DNA of 64,000 bases from Psilocybe cubensis (lineage: Eukaryota), in contig CM039003.1 of the NCBI GenBank assembly GCA_017499595.2, forward strand, positions 186,001 through 250,000, read 5' to 3'. A program made the translations under genes and the position numbers. Positions 37,370 through 48,579 of the stretch are shown here, one piece after another; position 1 is the first letter of the stretch, and the number at the start of each line of letters is the position of its first letter. The notes below the pieces were generated by a model. The model saw only the letters and a program-made list of their open reading frames with translations. It had not been told where the DNA came from and searched no databases.

Positions 37370-38765
37370 ATGTCAGAAATCAGAAGGAAGCTTGTCATCG
37401 TTGGTGATGGTGCTTGCGGAAAGGTATGGTTGGCTTTTGACCAGCTTAGAGAACGTCAGCTTGCATGCTGATCATCGTCGCCCGTCTAGACTTGTCTGTT
37501 GATCGTGTTTTCCAAAGGCACATTCCCAGAGGTACGTACATTGTCAGCCGCCGGTCAGCCAGCCGAGGTGTGGGGCTTGCTGCTCCTTATTGCACCGTCT
37601 TGGGGGGTGTTTAGACAGCTCCAGCGAATCCCTGGCGGCTTCGTCCGAGGTGTGGAAGGCTGATATTACTGGCGTTTAACTCTAGGTCTATGTGCCCACC
37701 GTGTTCGAGAACTACGTTGCCGATGTCGAGGTCGATGGCAAGCACGTGGAGCTTGCTCTATGGGATACGGCCGGCCAGGAAGACTACGATCGTCTCCGCC
37801 CTCTCAGTTATCCTGATTCGCATGTCATCCTCATCTGCTTCGCCGTCGACTCCCCCGATTCGCTTGATAACGTCCAGGAGAAGGTGTGTCTTGCCTTTCT
37901 GTCATTCCCCCTGCCTACATTTTTTTGGGGATAACATCGGATACGGCAATTTGCTAATGTCGTTGTTTTGTGGTTCCCTGCTTTTTAGTGGATTTCCGAA
38001 GTTATGCATTTCTGTGCCGGCCTGCCTATCATTCTTGTCGGCTGCAAAAAGGATCTCAGACGTGACCCCCGTGTGATTGAGGAGCTTAGGAAGACGAGCC
38101 AGCGACCCGTAACCCCCGAAGAGGTGCGTTTTTCTTGTTTTTTCTTTTTCCTACATCACATTTCTTGTTTTCGTACGACTTGGTGTGATGAGGGGCGAGA
38201 TGTGTACACGCCCCGACCCCTTATCTGAGCGCCATTTTTTGTGACATTTTTGCGCTTCGTTCGAATCTGAATAACGGCATTCTTTTTTTGATGTCCTGTT
38301 TATCACCCTTGCCTCGTTCCCGCTTCTCTTATCCACATTGTGATCCCCGTCGCCACCGACATTGACGCCGTTTTTCAATCCAAATTTTATTATTTTTCCA
38401 TGCATCATGTTTTATTTATTCCAACTTGGTACTAACCATCGTCATCTTGTCATGCTTCTCTTATCCACATTGTGATCCCCCTTGCCACCGACATTGACGC
38501 CGTTTTTCAATATAAATCTCATTATTTTTTTTATGCATCATTCTTTTATACTCCTTTTTTATTTATTCGAACTTGGTACTAACCCATCGTTATCTTGTAA
38601 TGTTTCTAGGGTATGGCAGTCGCCCAGAAGATCGGGGCAAAGCACTACCTCGAGTGCTCCGCCAAGTCGGGTGAAGGCGTCCGCGAAGTCTTCCAGTACG
38701 CCACCCGCGCCGCACTGCTCAGCAGAGGAAAGGGCAAGAAGAGCCACCATTGCATCGTGTTGTAG
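37370..38765 (+). CDS. rho1: Rho1 small GTPase (194 aa, 5 exons)
   Basis: Exons 37370-37423, 37490-37531, 37686-37883, 37989-38123 and 38610-38765. Motifs [45 protein letters not shown] and the CAAX box CIVL. Confidence 0.97.
38320..38605 (+). repeat. ~133-bp tandem duplication inside rho1 intron 4
   Basis: tcttatccacattgtgatcccc..gccaccgacattgacgccgtttttcaat occurs at ~38326 and ~38459, and aacttggtactaacc occurs twice. Confidence 0.85.
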
Positions 38766-39684
38766 ATGGCCTAGCTTTTGTTTTATCCCTTATCCCTCTA
38801 CCATTTTCTTTCTATTTTCTTTCTTCTTTCTTCCTTTTTTGCTTTTTTCTTCCTTGACGACTCTCTTTCACTCTTCTTTCCGAGATCCTTGGATGCTTGA
38901 ATTGGGGTGGGTGAATGTGCAGGGAGGAAAATGGGAGGTGGAGCGAGGGAGGGGTGGGGTGAGGTCAGGTAGGGAGGAACTTCAACAAGGATAGGGAGGG
39001 TCTTGAATATCATTTATACTCGCACCTCGCACCTTCTCTTTCACCTTGTTCCGGTTGGTTGTGGATAATGAACATGTGTTAATGCCGGTGGAATGCTCTT
39101 CGGTTTCTTTTTTTTTTTTTTCTTACCTAGTCTTTTTCACTTGATACCGCTTCTTTCTTGATTTTGATTGATGATCCACTTTTGACTCTTCTTCTCAAAT
39201 ATACTGCTGCTGCTGCACCTCCTGACTGCGACGAGTTGGCTATCTGTTTGTCTCTCCTTGAGCTTCTGTTGCTTTGGCTAAGCCCCTATGGATTCCGAGC
39301 GTGTATTGCAATTTGAACAATGTTTCTTTGGTTTATATACGTTGTGCTGCCAGATATACATGGCTCGCTGTTGTGATGTATTTTACGAGAAGATACTAGC
39401 TTTATATGGCATTAGATACCTTATTGAGACAACCCTGAGCAAATGAGATAGAAGTTTTTTGAATTTTCGAGTCGTGTTCTGGTATCGTACAAGCAGAGGT
39501 TAGCCCCGCCCGAAGGCCAGCAGGGTCCGCCTCTGCTCTATCTACCTATCTAGTACGTACCTGTTTGAGTTTTCCACAAGTCCGAAAATTGAACAGTCGG
39601 TTGTGGGAAGTCTACCGAGGTCTGTCGAAGAAATCTCAGCACTCGTTCGGCGTTGTCTACAACCTTGTTCTCCAAACTCATCCA

Positions 39685-40572
39685 CTGGCTCGCCGGAATC
39701 GAATAAAAAGTGCGCGAAAGTTGAAATACATGCCGGCAGGTGAGTACTGTAATGGTTGTAAGTGCCGGTTCATCAAGTCCATGAATCAAAGTACATACCT
39801 TGTTTGCCGGACGTCCAGAAATCAAAAAAACCGCGTGAAAGTCGAAATACATGCCCGACAGTAACCACTCTCGACACCGCTCGCCGGATGCAATAACAAC
39901 TGCAAGAGGGTTAATGTGAACTTCAACAATCAACACACCTACCCATCACCAGGCAGCCAACCCTCGCTCGCCGGAACTCCAAAAATCGAAAAAAATGTGC
40001 AACGACATTCCACGGCACTGGTAAGCTGTTGTTCATTAATTTGACGCCGCTCGCCGGATGTCCAAAAATCGAAAATAGTGCGAGGCGTTAACGGGACTTC
40101 AAACGTCTGTTGAGAAAAGCTCAGTCAGTACTCGGGTCTGCAAACTATGTAACACACCTTGTTGTGCAACAACCCTCGCTCGCCGGAACTCCAAAAATCG
40201 AATAAAAAGTGCAAAGGCGGGTACTGTGTAGATGGTAAGCTGTGGCTCAACAAACTCTAGCAAATAAAGCACAAACCTTGCTCGCCGGACATCCAAAAAT
40301 CAAAAAATAACTGCGCGGCATGTCCAAACATCGACTCCGTCTATGGAAGACAACTCAAGCCAACGACTAGATGTGACACGTACGTTGGTTTCATGGCACG
40401 GCGGCAGATGAGAGCTGTGTAAAGAGATAAGTGGTGGCCCATTAAGTGTACTAGGTAACACACCTTGCTCGCCGGACGTCGAAAAATCGAATAAAACTTG
40501 CGGCTCCATAGGTAGACACTGTCGATAGAATACAGGTTCGCGGGAACTCCAAAAATCGAATAAAAAATGCAG
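39685..40572 (+). repeat. Array of about nine ~35-bp motifs with variable spacers (also at ~49502-50389 and ~59914-60801)
   Basis: The consensus CTCGCCGGA(ACT/CGT/TGT)CCAAAAATCGAA(T)AAAAA.TGC occurs at ~39686, 39800, 39876, 39961, 40046, 40172, 40275, 40461 and 40534. Confidence 0.85.
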
Positions 40573-43237
40573 GAGCATAAGGACGGGATACACGTTGGGG
40601 GTTCCCCAAAACCCACTTCACTTTATATCCTTTTCCCTAATGCTTCTAGTTTATTCAACGTCACGCAATATTTGCCCGTTGCCCCCGTTTCCAAACTAGA
40701 ATGTGATGTCCAATATACCTGCAAGCTAAAATTGGCTCATGTAAATTTTCAGTTGCGGTCTCCTATCCCGGTCTTTTGATTCAACTCCGCTGCTTGTTTT
40801 CCCCAATCGCCTGTTCTTTCTCATTATCATAAATCATGCTCTCCCCGTCCTTTGTACATCAAATGCGAAATTTCAGTCTCGGTCTCCTGTTCCGGCCTTT
40901 TCAATCAAGTCCACTGCGTTCTTATTGTCATGAAGCTATGCTTCCCGTCCTTGGTGCATCAAACTCAGGTATGTATCATTTCCTATGCTTTACAATTCTT
41001 GTACCCACCACAATCCAAAAATTTTGACCCCTAGACTCAGTAGCTCGTCACTGCGCAGACTCGCGCATCGCGACCCAAGCAGCTAGTGCAAGGCAATCAC
41101 CATTTAGCTGACGCGATGACCTCATGTCGTTCCAAACTACTGGACCTCAGTCAGATCGGGTATCCGACTCGCAAAATCTCTCCAGATCGTTGGTTTTCGA
41201 AGCTCAAATATTCGATTTTTAGGCTGCATTAACGTATTCAGGGTCGCATTCAGGAACACCTGAGCTGAGTAATGAGATTTCAGTAACCGACGACTCACTC
41301 AACGCCCACGAAATCCCAAGACAGCAATACGCTTCACATTCGCTTCCACGGGGTAGATTTTGTCACAGTCCCCTATTTTCTTTGACGACCTATTAATTAA
41401 TACATTAAATATGTTCACAAAACGCAGACAAGGTTCACACGTAGAGTCAAAGGGTGACAGAACCAACAGGCGGAGCTCAAATTAGGCGCCCGTGAGTCCG
41501 CACTTGCTTCTACCACGACGTCACCTATCCATATCACTCCCACATCCAGTCTGACGTACCGATAACCCCACACAATACCCCCAAAAACGTCGTTCTCGCC
41601 CTCTGACTCTCAGGACAACGTTGCCACGTGGCGACTTGAACCAACATTCCCGTCTTCCGATTCATCGACGCAGGCCAGATTCGCGTACAAGGCACTCGGA
41701 AATATCATTCGAATAGGCTGTAAGCTCGAGTTAGGCATGTTTGAAATGAGGTAATGAGAAATTCGACTCACCCCTCGAGCTAAAAATCGAGATTTACTCG
41801 CACCGATCTCTAGATACTTCTACGCAATGTAATTACTCCAACACAGTACAACACCCCAAAACAAACTAGCATATCTTTCCAACGTACGCGCAAGAGATAG
41901 GTGTGACGAGTCTGCGATTGAATTTTTGTATCTGCGCTGTGTCGGTGAGTTCTCCACAAAGAGCTGTTTTGTACACCCAAATGCGCCGCTGAATGAGGTC
42001 AAGATGTCAATCCTAGACCTCTGAATCATCCTCAGTCGACTATTAGAAGCTCCCGAAACATGGCTATGAGCGACATTGAAATCATTCGGGCACATACGGC
42101 ACCTCCTTCTCCTCGCACCCCGATACGCCATCCACCTTCCACAATAACGCTGTTTCCAGCCCAACCTTGTTAATTAACCGTTCACGTAAGCTTCTAGTAC
42201 CTTTCGTAACGATATTCAGCGGCGAACTGACCTTTGAATTGCGTTTGCAGCGGCCACGTAGACGTTGTCCCCGGGAAGCGCCTGGTAAGATCTTGCAATT
42301 CTACGCGTTTTCGAGAGGTTTTTGAGGCTAATACTGACTGGAACTGTGTTCTGAATAGGGGTTGGACGGTTTGCGATGCGAAGAGCAACACAAAACGTTG
42401 GGAATGAACAAATACATCACGTTTGGTTCAATGTACACCAAACAGCGAATTTCGTTGTTTTCTTTGAACTACACATTTCAAACTGCTCACAGATAGACAT
42501 CCCAGCACTGCATAGCATCTCTCAATGTCCCTGCAAGCTCCCGCGATCACAGGGTAAGCAATCCAATTCAACGGAGATTGTTCTCCTCGCACCTTCCCTC
42601 GACGCGAAATTGCATGTACGTCGTTTTTCCGGCTTCCATTGGCCCCCTGTGAGTCATCTCGTAACGGTTATGTACGTGAATAATAGGCTGAAACGGTTGG
42701 AATTTTTGTGGAAGACGGAAATGCGGAGTGAATGAAAATATTGCGAATACGAGTGTTGGCGCATCCGGACCATGTCTGCGATGCGCGGTAGTTGTATAGC
42801 TACCTAGAGTGATATATCTATCTTATCTATCGTGTCTTATTCTGTTTTCATAATGTCTGGCTCGTCGAGTGCAATAAAATGAATACCTACAAACACATCA
42901 CGCCAAATCTAACAAACACAGCGATTCGCAACTCTCTCCAAATTCCCGTCGATTTAAAGTAATATACACACCTGGATATATTGTATACTCTAACCCTGCA
43001 CTACAGAAATCAATCAGCAAAAGTACAAACCATTGAATACCAATCGAACAACCAAATCCACAACATGACATGACACACCCTCGCCTCCCGCCCAAATTCA
43101 CAATTACACACCCGTTCAAAACGCTAGAAACACCTGGCTAGTCTATTCGGCTCTCGGCTCGGGTCTGGTCCGATCAAGGGTCCTGTCAGGTATATTGAGA
43201 AGGCCTTCGTAGTTTACTGTACGTTGGTATGTGTGCT

Positions 43238-44190
43238 CCTTCAGTAGATATTGCGAATGGCGTTGTAATTGATGTACGTACGTTTAATTGAGAGTAGGTG
43301 GAGATATTGGTATACCATTACATGCCTGCTTGACTTTGGAAAAGTGTGAGTTGAGACGGGGATGGTTGAAAAAGAAAATGTGAACACTCGAGGACTCCTG
43401 CAGAACGCGAATGCGTGAAAACAAGCAAAAAACACATTTCATTCACCATAACCATGTTACTACAAACATTAGAATAGTAAGTACCCCTAAGAATACACTA
43501 CACCCAACTGTCCAAAGACCCTCGAACTCGATTTTCAAAAATGTATCACTCACCTCACCCGACCTTCCTCTCCTCCCGATCTTCCGCACTAACGGGCTGA
43601 AAAACACCTCTGGATTGTTACCACTCGCCCCTGAAGCATCCGAAGTCGCCGAAGCCGTAATAATAATACCAAATTTCACAGAAAAAATTGGCAACTTACG
43701 TTTTGTAATTTTGTTGAACGTTGCATGTGGACGTAGTTCTCCTTCAGTAGATATTGCGAATGCCGTTGTAGTTGTTGTACGTACGTTGAAATGAGAGAGA
43801 GTGGAGATATTGGCATACTGGTACATCCAGTGGTTGACTTTTGAGAGATGTGAGTTGAGATGATGGGTATTTGGAAATGTTACAGAGAGATATCTTCACC
43901 CGAACGTGAATGCTTGAAAAACACATAAAACACATTTCATTGGCAATCCTACTACTCACATTGTGCAGATGGTACATCTATAGGTATCCTACGACCCACC
44001 CAGCAATACTCGAACTCGATTTTCGAAATGTATGGCTCACCTCACATCACCCTCTCCCAACCTCCTTCTCCTCCCGATCTTCCGCACTAACGGGCTGAAA
44101 AAAACGTCTGGATTCCTACCACTCGTCCCTGAAGCTCCGAGGTCACCGCAGCCGTAATCCCAATACCAAAATATATCGCCAACTTACGTT
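43238..44190 (+). repeat. Diverged ~500-bp dimer within the repeat unit
   Basis: ccttcagtagatattgcgaatg at 43238 and 43741; tctcctcccgatcttccgcactaacgggctgaaaaa at ~43569 and ~44067. Confidence 0.85.
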
Positions 44191-44914
44191 CATTCCTTTC
44201 GTTTTGCTCGTTCGCCGGGCTTGATCCTCGTCGATTCACGCACAATTGTGCAATTGTACAACCCTAGAAGGATTGCGTGCGTTATCTGCTATGCATATGG
44301 AGCGACTCCTGAGCTTACCTGGCTGGTTACAGACTTTCAGACACCCAGACAACTCGTCGAAGACCCAATGATCCTCTTGACCCCGATACGACCCTCCGCT
44401 TCCATTTCAAAAACAACGCAATTTCCGCTGCATTCGACGTATCCAGGGTGTTGTAAGCTAGTGTATATTGCCAACGTAATGCACTAGAGAGGTTCCGAAA
44501 TTTTGTTTTCGAGGTTAGTTGCATTCGGAATTGAGAGATTGGAGATGGGTACGTACGCATTGTGCAGCAAAGAATGCAATCCGGAGCTTTCTACGTGTGT
44601 TCCAGTGTTGTTTTGGGAGACTCCTATTCACATTGAGGTGTGCTTCGATCGAAGGTCGAATGCTCGATAACTGAAAACACGATGAAAAGAGAGGGCGAAT
44701 GCAAACATCTTGTGCACATTCAAGCCCGATTCGTGTCTCGCCGATTAGACCCAATAGCGGAGATCCCGACGCCTAGAACAAACGACAGCCTCGAAAGAAT
44801 ATATTGAACGAATCACGTACCCAGATTCAAAAGTAAAAAGCGAGATTTGAAGGGAATCGCAACCTATTCCGGATGTCGTCACAGGGAGGAAAACACGAAA
44901 ATAACACACCCGGG

Positions 44915-44971
44915 CTAGCGCGACGGGTTCCGTGTGGATGTACGTACACGGGCGTGTCGCGCTAGTATAAA
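44915..44971 (+). promoter_or_regulatory. Inverted repeat abutting a TATAAA box (also at 55327-55383)
   Basis: CTAGCGCGAC (44915-24) pairs with GTCGCGCTAG (44956-65), with an inner CCGTGT/ACACGG stem. TATAAA follows at 44966-71, then a CT-rich leader. Confidence 0.5.
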
Positions 44972-45039
44972 GGCAGGCGTGTGGTGGTGTGTTTTTCCTC
45001 ATCCCCTCTTGGGGTTCTCGGCCTCGTCTCCTCCTCCTC

Positions 45040-46670
45040 TCCTCAAGGTAAGCGCGATTCTCCTTGAGCGCGTCGGTTGACTGTTGAACATTGAACTCGC
45101 AGGTTTTGGTGCTGGGCCGCGTCGGGACGAATCCTGCTTGCTGGTGAGTGTTGCCACTGGCTTGTGTGCACTGCTGATGCTCTTGTTGCAGATAGTGTGC
45201 TCGTTGTGGCGGGTGTTGGTGTCTCCGTAAGTCGGGTTTTCTTTACCTCGACGCGTCGTAGAGTCTCTGTTGATGTATAATGACACAGCGGACAACACGT
45301 CATGCGGCGGAGGTGCTGGACTGTGGGGGTCGCATTGGGGTGTGCTGTAGGCAGGTAAGTCACTGTTGGTCACTGTGGGGAATGTGCTGACCGTGTCTTT
45401 TAGCAGCTCACCATTATTGCGGCCGTTGTAAGTGGTAAGTATATCCTCCTATCTCTTGGATGGCGCGGCTGATGTTGTGTTGTTGCAGACTGGTAGGTGT
45501 TTTCACCCACTTGAAGACAGTGTTGATGGACGTGGCAGGTGGCGTGGACGCGAGTCGGGGAGGGCTTTCAGGTGAGTGTTCCCACAGACTTGTGGTCATT
45601 CCTAATGCTTTGACAGCGTGCTCGTTGTTGCGGGTGCTGCCGTCTAGGTCAGTCGGCTTTCCTTTACCTCGTCGCGTCTGTTGACGTGGGATGAGACAGC
45701 GGACCTTGGAGATGCTGAACGCGTCATTCGGCGGAGGGGGACTGTCAGGGTCGCATCGGGATGTGCTGCAGGCAGGCAAGCAAGTCAATGTTGGTGAGTG
45801 TGGGGAATGTGCTGACCGTGTATTTGAGCAGCTCACTGTTGCCGCCTTGTAGACTTGTCGGACGAGCTAGATGGCGGGGAGCGAGGTAGGTGTCTCCACC
45901 TTTTTGAAGGACAATGCTGATATTCGACGTGTCTAGTGGTGTAGACGCGAGTCGGGGCCTGCTCGAGGGTGAGTGTTTCCCCTGGCTTGTGTGCATTGCT
46001 AATGCTTTGACAGTTTTCTCGTCGTTGCGGGTGCTGGTGTCTAGGTGAGTCGGCTTTAATTTACACCGTCGCGTCGTAGAGCCTGTTGACGTAGGATGAG
46101 ACAGTGATAGTCGACGCGTCATTTGGCGGAGGTGCTGGACTGTGGGGTCGCATCGGGATGTTCTCCAGGCAGGCAAGTCAGTGTTGGTGACTGTGAGGAA
46201 CATGCTGACCGTGTATTTGAGCAGCTCCGTGAACTTGGCATTGGGAACTTTTAACTGGTAAGCGTGCGCTTGATATTGAAGGTCAATGCTGATGTCGTGT
46301 TTTCTCTGATATTGTAGGGGTAAGCTGGCCGACGAGGAGTCCCCGGTGACCTGCTGTCGCTGTTATCGCAGCTAGCGACCTCGTTGCTATACAGGTGAGT
46401 CGGGATTTCTTTGTGTAACAATGTACTCACCTTGACGCGTTGTAGATGAGAAAGCGGAACACGACAGTCGACAATATCAGGCAAGTCGGCCTTTTCTCTC
46501 CACGGGAGTCTGCTCACTGTACTTCCCAGGACACCTGTCCGTCATTTTTGGCGTGTGCTGGACGCGTATTTGGCCTGCCGAAGGAGCTCCCGATTGACGA
46601 GCTTGTTGGAGTGTGACCTGGTAAGTGACGGACATGTCTGCTGGCAAGAAAGAGACACAGACTCACCAAG
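45040..46670 (+). other. Repeated micro-exon/short-intron region without a long ORF (also at ~55452-57082)
   Basis: Dense GTAAGT/GTGAGT donors, CTAA/CTGA branch motifs and YAG acceptors at ~50-60 nt spacing, arranged in ~400-430-bp repeats (gtgagtgtt at 45144, 45572 and 45969). Confidence 0.5.
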
Positions 46671-47185
46671 GTGTCGGTGGCGCGGCGGCGGCGGTATGGA
46701 TCAGGGAGGGACGTGTGGAATGAGGTGAAGAACGCGGCTCCAAACTGTCGACGGCGAGGATGCGTCCCGCTGGCGGTGGTGATGGATGTTGGAGGGACGC
46801 GTCAGGCCAACTGCTTGCTGTCGCGGAAAGGCATGGCTGGCGTGATGGACATTGCTGCACCAGTCGGGATGGTTGTAAAAGTCGGGCATGATTGTGGAGC
46901 AGACCGGCGCGGGCAGCCGCGCTGGGGTTCATCTCTCTTTACGCGACAGCGGCAAGGCAGCGGAGAGGCGGTGTGATGCGCCAAGGCGGTGCGCCTGTTT
47001 ACACGCACAGGGCAGAGGCCGTTCGTAATCCTGGCATTCAAGTTCCGCTTTAAAACGGTGGTATCATACATTCGTTGACGGGGCCGCTTTGCTCACAACC
47101 ATCCCCCCTGCTCGTCGCCAGCCCCGCTCCCCAGCATCTAATACATCTATTCACGCACGTCGCCGCACAACCGCCCCCGAGAACC

Positions 47186-48579
47186 ATGTCGGAAATCAAA
47201 GGAACCTTGTCATCGTTGGTGATGGTGCTTGCGGAAAGGTATGATCGGCTTTTGACCAGCTCAGAGAACGTCAGCTTGCATGCTGATCATCGTCACCCGT
47301 CTAGACTTGCCTTTTGATTGTGTTATCCAAAGTCATATTCCCAGAGGTACGTGCATCGTTAGCCGCCGTTCAGCCAGCCGAGGTGTGCGGCTTGCTGCTC
47401 CTCATTGCACCGTCTTGTGGGGTGTTTAGGCAGCTCCAGCGAATCCCTGGCGGCTTCGTCCGAGGTGTGGAAGGCTGATATTGGCGTTCAACTCTAGGTC
47501 TATGTGCCCACCGTGTTCGAGAACTACGTTGCCGATGTCGAGGTCGATGGCAAGCACGTGGAGCTTGCTCTATGGGATACGGCCGGCCAGGAAGACTACG
47601 ATCGTCTACGCCCTCTCAGTTATCCTGATTCGCATGTCATCCTCATCTGCTTCGCTGTCGACTCCCCCGATTCGCTTGATAACGTCCAGGAGAAGGTGTG
47701 TCTTGCCTTTCTGTCATTCCCCCTGCCTACATTTTTTTGGGGATAACATCGGATACGGCAATTTGCTAATGTCGTTGTTTTGTGGTTCCCTGCTTTTTAG
47801 TGGATTTCCGAAGTTATGCATTTCTGTGCCGGCCTGCCTATCATTCTTGTCGGCTGCAAAAAGGATCTCAGACGTGACCCCCGTGTGATTGAGGAGCTTA
47901 GGAAGACGAGCCAGCGACCCGTAACCCCCGAAGAGGTGCGTTTTTCTTGTTTTTTCTTTTTCCTACATCACATTTCTTGTTTTCGTACGACTTTGGTGTG
48001 ATGAGGGGCGAGGTGTGTACACGCCCCGACCCCTTATCTGAGCGCCATTTTTGTGACATTTTTACGCTTCGTTCGAATCTGAACAACGTCATTCTTTTTT
48101 TGATGTCCTGTTTATCACCATTGCCTCGTTCCCGCTTTTCTTATCCACATTGTGATCCCCGTCGCCACCGACATTGACGCCGTTTTTCAATCCAAATTTT
48201 ATTATTTTTCCATGCATCATGTTTTATTTATTCCAACTTGGTACTAACCATCGTCATCTTGTCATGCTTCTCTTATCCACATTGTGATCCCCCTTGCCAC
48301 CGACATTGACGCTGTTTTTCAATATAAATCTCATTATTATTATTTTATGCATCATTCTTTTATACTCCTCTTTTATTTATTCCAATCTGGTACTAACCCA
48401 TCGTTATCTTGTAATGTTTCTAGGGTATGGCAGTCGCCCAGAAGATTGGGGCAAAGCACTACCTCGAGTGCTCCGCCAAGTCGGGTGAGGGCGTCCGCGA
48501 AGTCTTCCAGTACGCCACCCGCGCCGCACTGCTCAGCAGAGGAAAGGGCAAGAAGAGCCACCATTGCATCGTGTTGTAG
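47186..48579 (+). pseudogene. rho1: rho1 duplicate, frameshifted in exon 1
   Basis: ATGTCGGAAATCAAAGGAACC versus intact ATGTCAGAAATCAGAAGGAAGC, a 1-nt deletion that gives TGA early in exon 2. Exon 2 also has missense changes (FSKGT to LSKVI). Exons 3-5 are intact. Confidence 0.88.

Noticed and set aside
1653-38765. Functional cell-wall-integrity cluster linking the mucin-like sensor and rho1
   Set aside because: The genes are over 33 kb apart with unrelated genes between them, and nothing beyond thematic similarity links them.
39685-40572. CRISPR array
   Set aside because: Eukaryotic context, no cas genes, degenerate repeats and very uneven spacer lengths. Kept only as a motif array.
39550-44900. 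Many 60-130-aa ORFs repeated in each unit
   Set aside because: They recur only because the DNA is duplicated. They show no recognisable motifs, and I see no Rep/helicase, transposase or recombinase coding sequence in the unit.
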